From: Eledone cirrhosa
Lineage: Eukaryota
Assembly (NCBI GenBank): GCA_964016885.1
Contig: OZ024740.1
Location: 400,830,001 to 400,894,000, forward strand
Length of the DNA: 64,000 nucleotides
Direction of reading: 5' to 3'
How positions within the stretch are numbered: position 1 is the first letter of the stretch; every line of letters begins with the position of its first letter. Under the pieces are notes generated by a model, which had not been told where the DNA came from, searched no databases, and saw only the letters and a list, made by a program, of their open reading frames with translations. Below are positions 59,037 to 64,000 of this stretch, in pieces. A program made the position numbers and the translations under genes.

Positions 59037-61300
59037 TCGAAATATAATACCTGAATGTAATAGATAAAATCCATGGGGCTGAAAATCGAGGACCCGAGGG
59101 CGACCGCTATCTTGCACCCTCTATCTTAGCCGGTCGCCCTCGAGTGACGTGGCTAAAGCCTACAGTGTGCTACTATCGGTCAGATAAAGGAAAACAGAAA
59201 GGGATGGGAACATAAGTTACAAGACAAAAGAAAGAAAGAATATAGAAGAAGGGGGAAGGAAGAAGAGGAGAAGCCAGGGTTAATATCAGCTATAAGAAGA
59301 AAGACAGAAAGAAAGAGGAGGAAAGGTCGGTATTACAGTCAGGCCAGGATTGTCGTGAAGAAATTTTTTTATTTTACGGGACCCGTATCTAAACAACTAC
59401 TACCGGTTAGATATAGGCGAACAAAAAGGGGGAAGGAAGATAAGTCTGCGGGAGGAAGACAGAAAGAAGGGAGAAGAGAAGGAAGAAAAGGAAGAAGTAG
59501 AAGGGTAAGGGTTGATGGCTACAAGAAGGAAGATAGAAAGAAAGAGGAAGAAAGGTCGATGCTAATGTCAGACTACAGTCAGGCTAGGAGTGGCGCGAGA
59601 AAATTTTCACCGGGACGCGTATCTTAGCAGAGGTGAATATAGTGGGGGTCAGTGTGTTATAATGTGTGAGCAGAAGATTGAAACGTTACGTTTTTGTTTA
59701 GACTTATAGGATGAAGTTAAAAATTAATAATTAATAATTAATATCAAAGAAATTAGAAAATTCAAAGTTAAACAGTTTAACATTTTAAGGTTGATATATC
59801 TAATAGTTCTGATTTGGTCTGTAATTTAAAGGTACTATGTGGCGGTTAAAAACCGGCCGCGCTCCGGGACGAATTAAGCCACTCCGAGTATTTTCATTTA
59901 CCGAAAGAAGGGGAAATTTATTTTTCCAAGCACTCAAGGTAGGCTCTTGCCTCAGGGTGCGCCGCCATTAAAACCCACCCAACAGTCCGACAGAAAGTTT
60001 GAACTTTAAAATATTGTTTAAATTTATAGGATGAAGTTGAAGGAATTCAGAATAACATTATAAAATTAAAGAGTAATAAGATTGAGAATTGAACAAACAG
60101 AAAATTGAAAATCAAACATTTAAAAAAAACTTCTATAAGGTTTTGGGTTGCGGGGTTTAATTAAAGAGAGTCTTTTATGAAGAGACATTAATTGTATTAT
60201 GTAGATCTATAATTTATCCTAGTGGGATGTAGAGTACGGGATATTGTCGGGTAATATTTATTTTTGTTCTCAGGGGAGACATTCTAGTGTCGTGTGATAA
60301 TGGGGACAAGTGAGCAAAAGTCCCAATAGGAGGAGTAGAAATACATGGATACATAGAAGTGGAATACGTGGAAGAGCACATTGATAAAGCAATGGTATAA
60401 ATATATAAATATATCAATATATAAATATAAATATGTAAATAAACCAACAAGAGTGGTGTTGGAGTAAGATGGAGAAATCAAGACATAGGAGAAGTACAAT
60501 ATAGTTCAGGTTGCAGTATTAATGTTCCCAGGGGGAGACATTCCAGTGTCGTGTGCTAAGGGTACACACGAGTAAAAGTCCGAATAGGGGAAGTAAAAAG
60601 TACATGGATGTATAGAGGTAGAATATGTGGAAAAGCATTAATACAGCAAATAAAGATATAAAGATATAAATAAACAAACAAGAGTCGGGTAAATGGATAG
60701 TTCAGGACACAGGAGAAATACAATATAGTTCAAGTTACAGTCAGATAATGCATATAGATGTGGAAATGGAGTCAGTGTGTGTTCGAGTCTGGGAATTCAG
60801 TGTGAGTTATACATGCCCAGAAGTATAGGGTAGCGAATTTAGTTGATACAGTGCAGTACAATACATGTTATGGTATAATCCGTAGAGTTTCGTCGAGGTC
60901 CAAATATTCTGAGAGGGAAGTAGCCATGGGCCAGGTTGGCGGTATGCGAAAACACCGAGTAGCTACAGTCCGAATGGTGGTTAGATATATTCAGTCCCAT
61001 GCCGCTGTTCATTATTACATTTGGAAGTGCTCGACATCTCAGGAGCATTATTTATTCAAGTTTGTGGTTCACCACTGTATAGAGCTGGTCTATTCCGTAT
61101 GGTCAATCGTAATGTAATTATATAGAGAGTACTCAACGTAAAGCAGTTCAACTGTCTTTGTTTTTGTAGTTGGTGGTGATATTACGGAGTTAAATATTAG
61201 AGGAGTTAAAAGATAGAGGGTGCAAGATAGCGGTCGCCCTCGGGTCCTCGATTTTCAGCCCCATGGATTTTATCTATTACATTCAGGTATTATATTTCGA

Positions 61301-61358
61301 ATACCTGATGATATCACCGGATTCATACGGAACCCGGTCATTGAAATGATCATAGTAT
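61301..61358 (+). ncRNA. Type I hammerhead ribozyme, family F
   Basis: ATAC-CTGATGA-tatcACCGG...CCGGTcatt-GAAA-TGATCA-TA^GTAT. Palindromic stem III ATGATCAT; cleavage after 61354. Confidence 0.78.
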
Positions 61359-61549
61359 AATAAACCTTTCAAGGATTTACACAAATCCAGCCTCCTGTCA
61401 TTTCATTATAATATTTAACTCCGTAATAGCACCACCAACTACAAAAACAAAGACGGTTGAACTGCTTTACGTTGAGTACTCTCTATATTATTACATTACG
61501 ATTGACCATACGGAATAGACCAGCTCTATACAGTGGTGAACCACAAATC

Positions 61550-61597
<48 letters not shown>

Positions 61598-62039
61598 TAT
61601 ACTACTATATATTGTAGCTATGCCTGTATATTCTTTTCATTCTCACAAGCTCCGGTGAATTGACTCGTTATAACTTTGTATTGGTGATCGAATAACGTGA
61701 AAATAAGCGGGTAGCGATCACTAGACCTACCAGTTCAGAGAAACAATTGTCAGCAATGAATATTAAAAACCTTTTTTGTATAGCAAACCGTGTCACTCTT
61801 CTTTCCTGATTTATTATTACTCCAACATAGGAATTACAGCGTACTCGCAGCATCACTATGGAAACACCTTGTTGAGTCAAACTTAGCCAAACGTTGATAT
61901 CATCCACTACCCGTAGTACCATAACTGTACTACACCTAAGTGGACTACCTATAACAATAATTTGTTATAGGTAGCTTGGCAAATAACTATATGTATCACC
62001 TGTCCTCCCCTTTTTTCTCTCTCTCGATACGTAAATACT

Positions 62040-62082
<43 letters not shown>

Positions 62083-62088
62083 AATATG

Positions 62089-62156
<68 letters not shown>

Positions 62157-62712
62157 AACTTTGATAGGTTTCGGCCAGTATTGGCCCAGGCTATGTCTAA
62201 CTTAATAGAACCATATCTTCTTGTGGGAGGGTCATGCTGCCATTCAAAACACCAGCAGTTGAGTTTCCCTTCGGGTTTTATCGATCTCATTGGTTGATCT
62301 AGAAACAAGATGTTTTTCTGTGTGTCTTTATATCTTGCAATATAGACACACACGCGGATACACAGATGGGTAAGCATGCACATGCTCAGATGCATGTGCA
62401 TACATCACATACACAGAATGCCAAAGAGAAAAGAAAAAAACATAGATTAACTGAAAGAACAAAATGGAAACAAGGGTGCATAGTGAGTGAAGATAATCAT
62501 TAAGATCTTAGAACATGTGACGAAAGAGCTTTGTGATGAATATATATATAACTCCTCCTCTATCTCTCTCTCGTTCATTCATACCACCCACTCTCCATAA
62601 AGACATAGGTATTTCAGTATTGGTGCAGCCAATAACACCGCCATAACCACCACGACCACCACCATCACTACTACCATCATTCTCACTACCACCAACACCC
62701 CCCACCGTCATC

Positions 62713-62747
<35 letters not shown>

Positions 62748-63529
62748 CCTCTCTCCCTCTCTCCCTCTCTCTCTCTATTTATCTATTTATCTAACTATGT
62801 ATGTATGTATCTATCTCTGCCCTCCTCTCTCACTCGCATACATATTCTTACCATCCACTTCGGATAAAGCCGTGAGATAAAAATAAGAAAATAGCACCCT
62901 CTTCCTTCCTCACATACAGTCACTCTTACATCTCCCTTTCATGGCAGCATTTTTAGACTACAAAACAAAAATGTGACCTCAGCAGGATTTGAACGTTGAA
63001 AGTAAAAGGCAGTAACAAGATGCTGCCAAGTAATTTGGGCGACACTGTAAGGATTTTGACAATCCACTGCCCTGCCAGGTTTAATATAATAGAAGATATA
63101 TATCACTGTTTTCTCTTTTATTTATATGCAAATTTAATTCAATAATTCATAGTCTACTTTAGGAATGTATAAATATCTCGTCTGATTGAAATGTTCCGTT
63201 TCTTAGCACCTGTTGTCTCACAGATTTAGTGTTAGGGATATTTATCTCGTTATTTCCGGACAAAAAATATCGGAACAAAATACGAAGCAAACGTTTCAAG
63301 AGTTATATGCAGTAAGACGGATATCATTTTACTAGCAAATTGGTAGGTCTTTTCTTTATTTCGATAATTGATGCAATTGGTCGTTGATACTGGTAGTATC
63401 AACGTTTGAATCATTTATTAGATGGACAGGGAGATTACTGTAAATAGGGAGAAAGTAATTTAGAAAGGAGATGAAAGAAAGGAATCATGTGAGAGTGTGA
63501 AAAGCCAAAGAATGAAAAGAGAGATGAAG

Positions 63530-63613
<84 letters not shown>

Positions 63614-64000
63614 TGTGTGTGAGAAAAAAAGGAGACCAAAGAAAGAATACATTTGATAAACGTGAAAAACCGGCAAAAAACCAAAACAAAACAGATCAAT
63701 TCATAGTGCATAAACAAGCTTCAACAAGAGGAAGAAAGCTTTGAACTTAGATCCTTGAACTTACTGTCTTGTTGTGCTCAGTTGCCTCACTTTTCATTCT
63801 GAACTCTTATAATTCCACCTTTCAAATAATTCGACCGTTCTTCTCATGCTTCCGGTTTTCATCTGTAATATACTGCTGTCCTATATATGTAGACATTTAG
63901 TGATGTAATAAATCATTCATAAAGAATAGAGGGAGTAAAAGATATAGATAGGTGTTCGTGTGATTGAGTATTAATGTAAAAAAGGAAGAAAGAGAGTGTA

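Larger units (their letters stand above)
58941..61552. mobile_element. ~2.6-kb non-coding Penelope-like element of hammerhead family F with inverted pLTR
   Basis: 58941-59127 is the reverse complement of 61210-61396; 61060-61198 is the reverse complement of 61411-61548. Purine-rich interior with internal duplications. Confidence 0.8.

Overview
AT-rich eukaryotic DNA saturated with microsatellites and no intact protein-coding gene. The tRNA-derived SINE family and extreme (TA)n content suggest an octopod cephalopod (inference). Nearly all ORFs in the track are (TA)n/(CA)n/(GA)n artefacts. Recognisable coding remnants are all transposons: a near full-length frameshifted R4/Dong-clade RLE retrotransposon, a CRE-clade 3' fragment, an RTE-superfamily LINE with its whole 5' part inverted, two Penelope-like GIY-YIG fragments and a Tc1/mariner N-terminal fragment. 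There is also a non-autonomous Helitron, a long-TIR foldback element, two copies of a bipartite RTE derivative and about 25 SINE copies in co-oriented arrays. The main signal is non-coding: at least six unrelated repeat families carry type I hammerhead ribozymes (10 hand-folded intact cores plus degenerate ones). They occur as head-to-tail tandems, terminally redundant monomers and fold-back inversions, almost all anchored in (TA)n tracts. This is the architecture of Penelope-type pseudo-LTRs / non-LTR retrozymes, and two families have built-in alternative pairings that could switch the ribozyme off. All structures were folded by eye; no searches were run.
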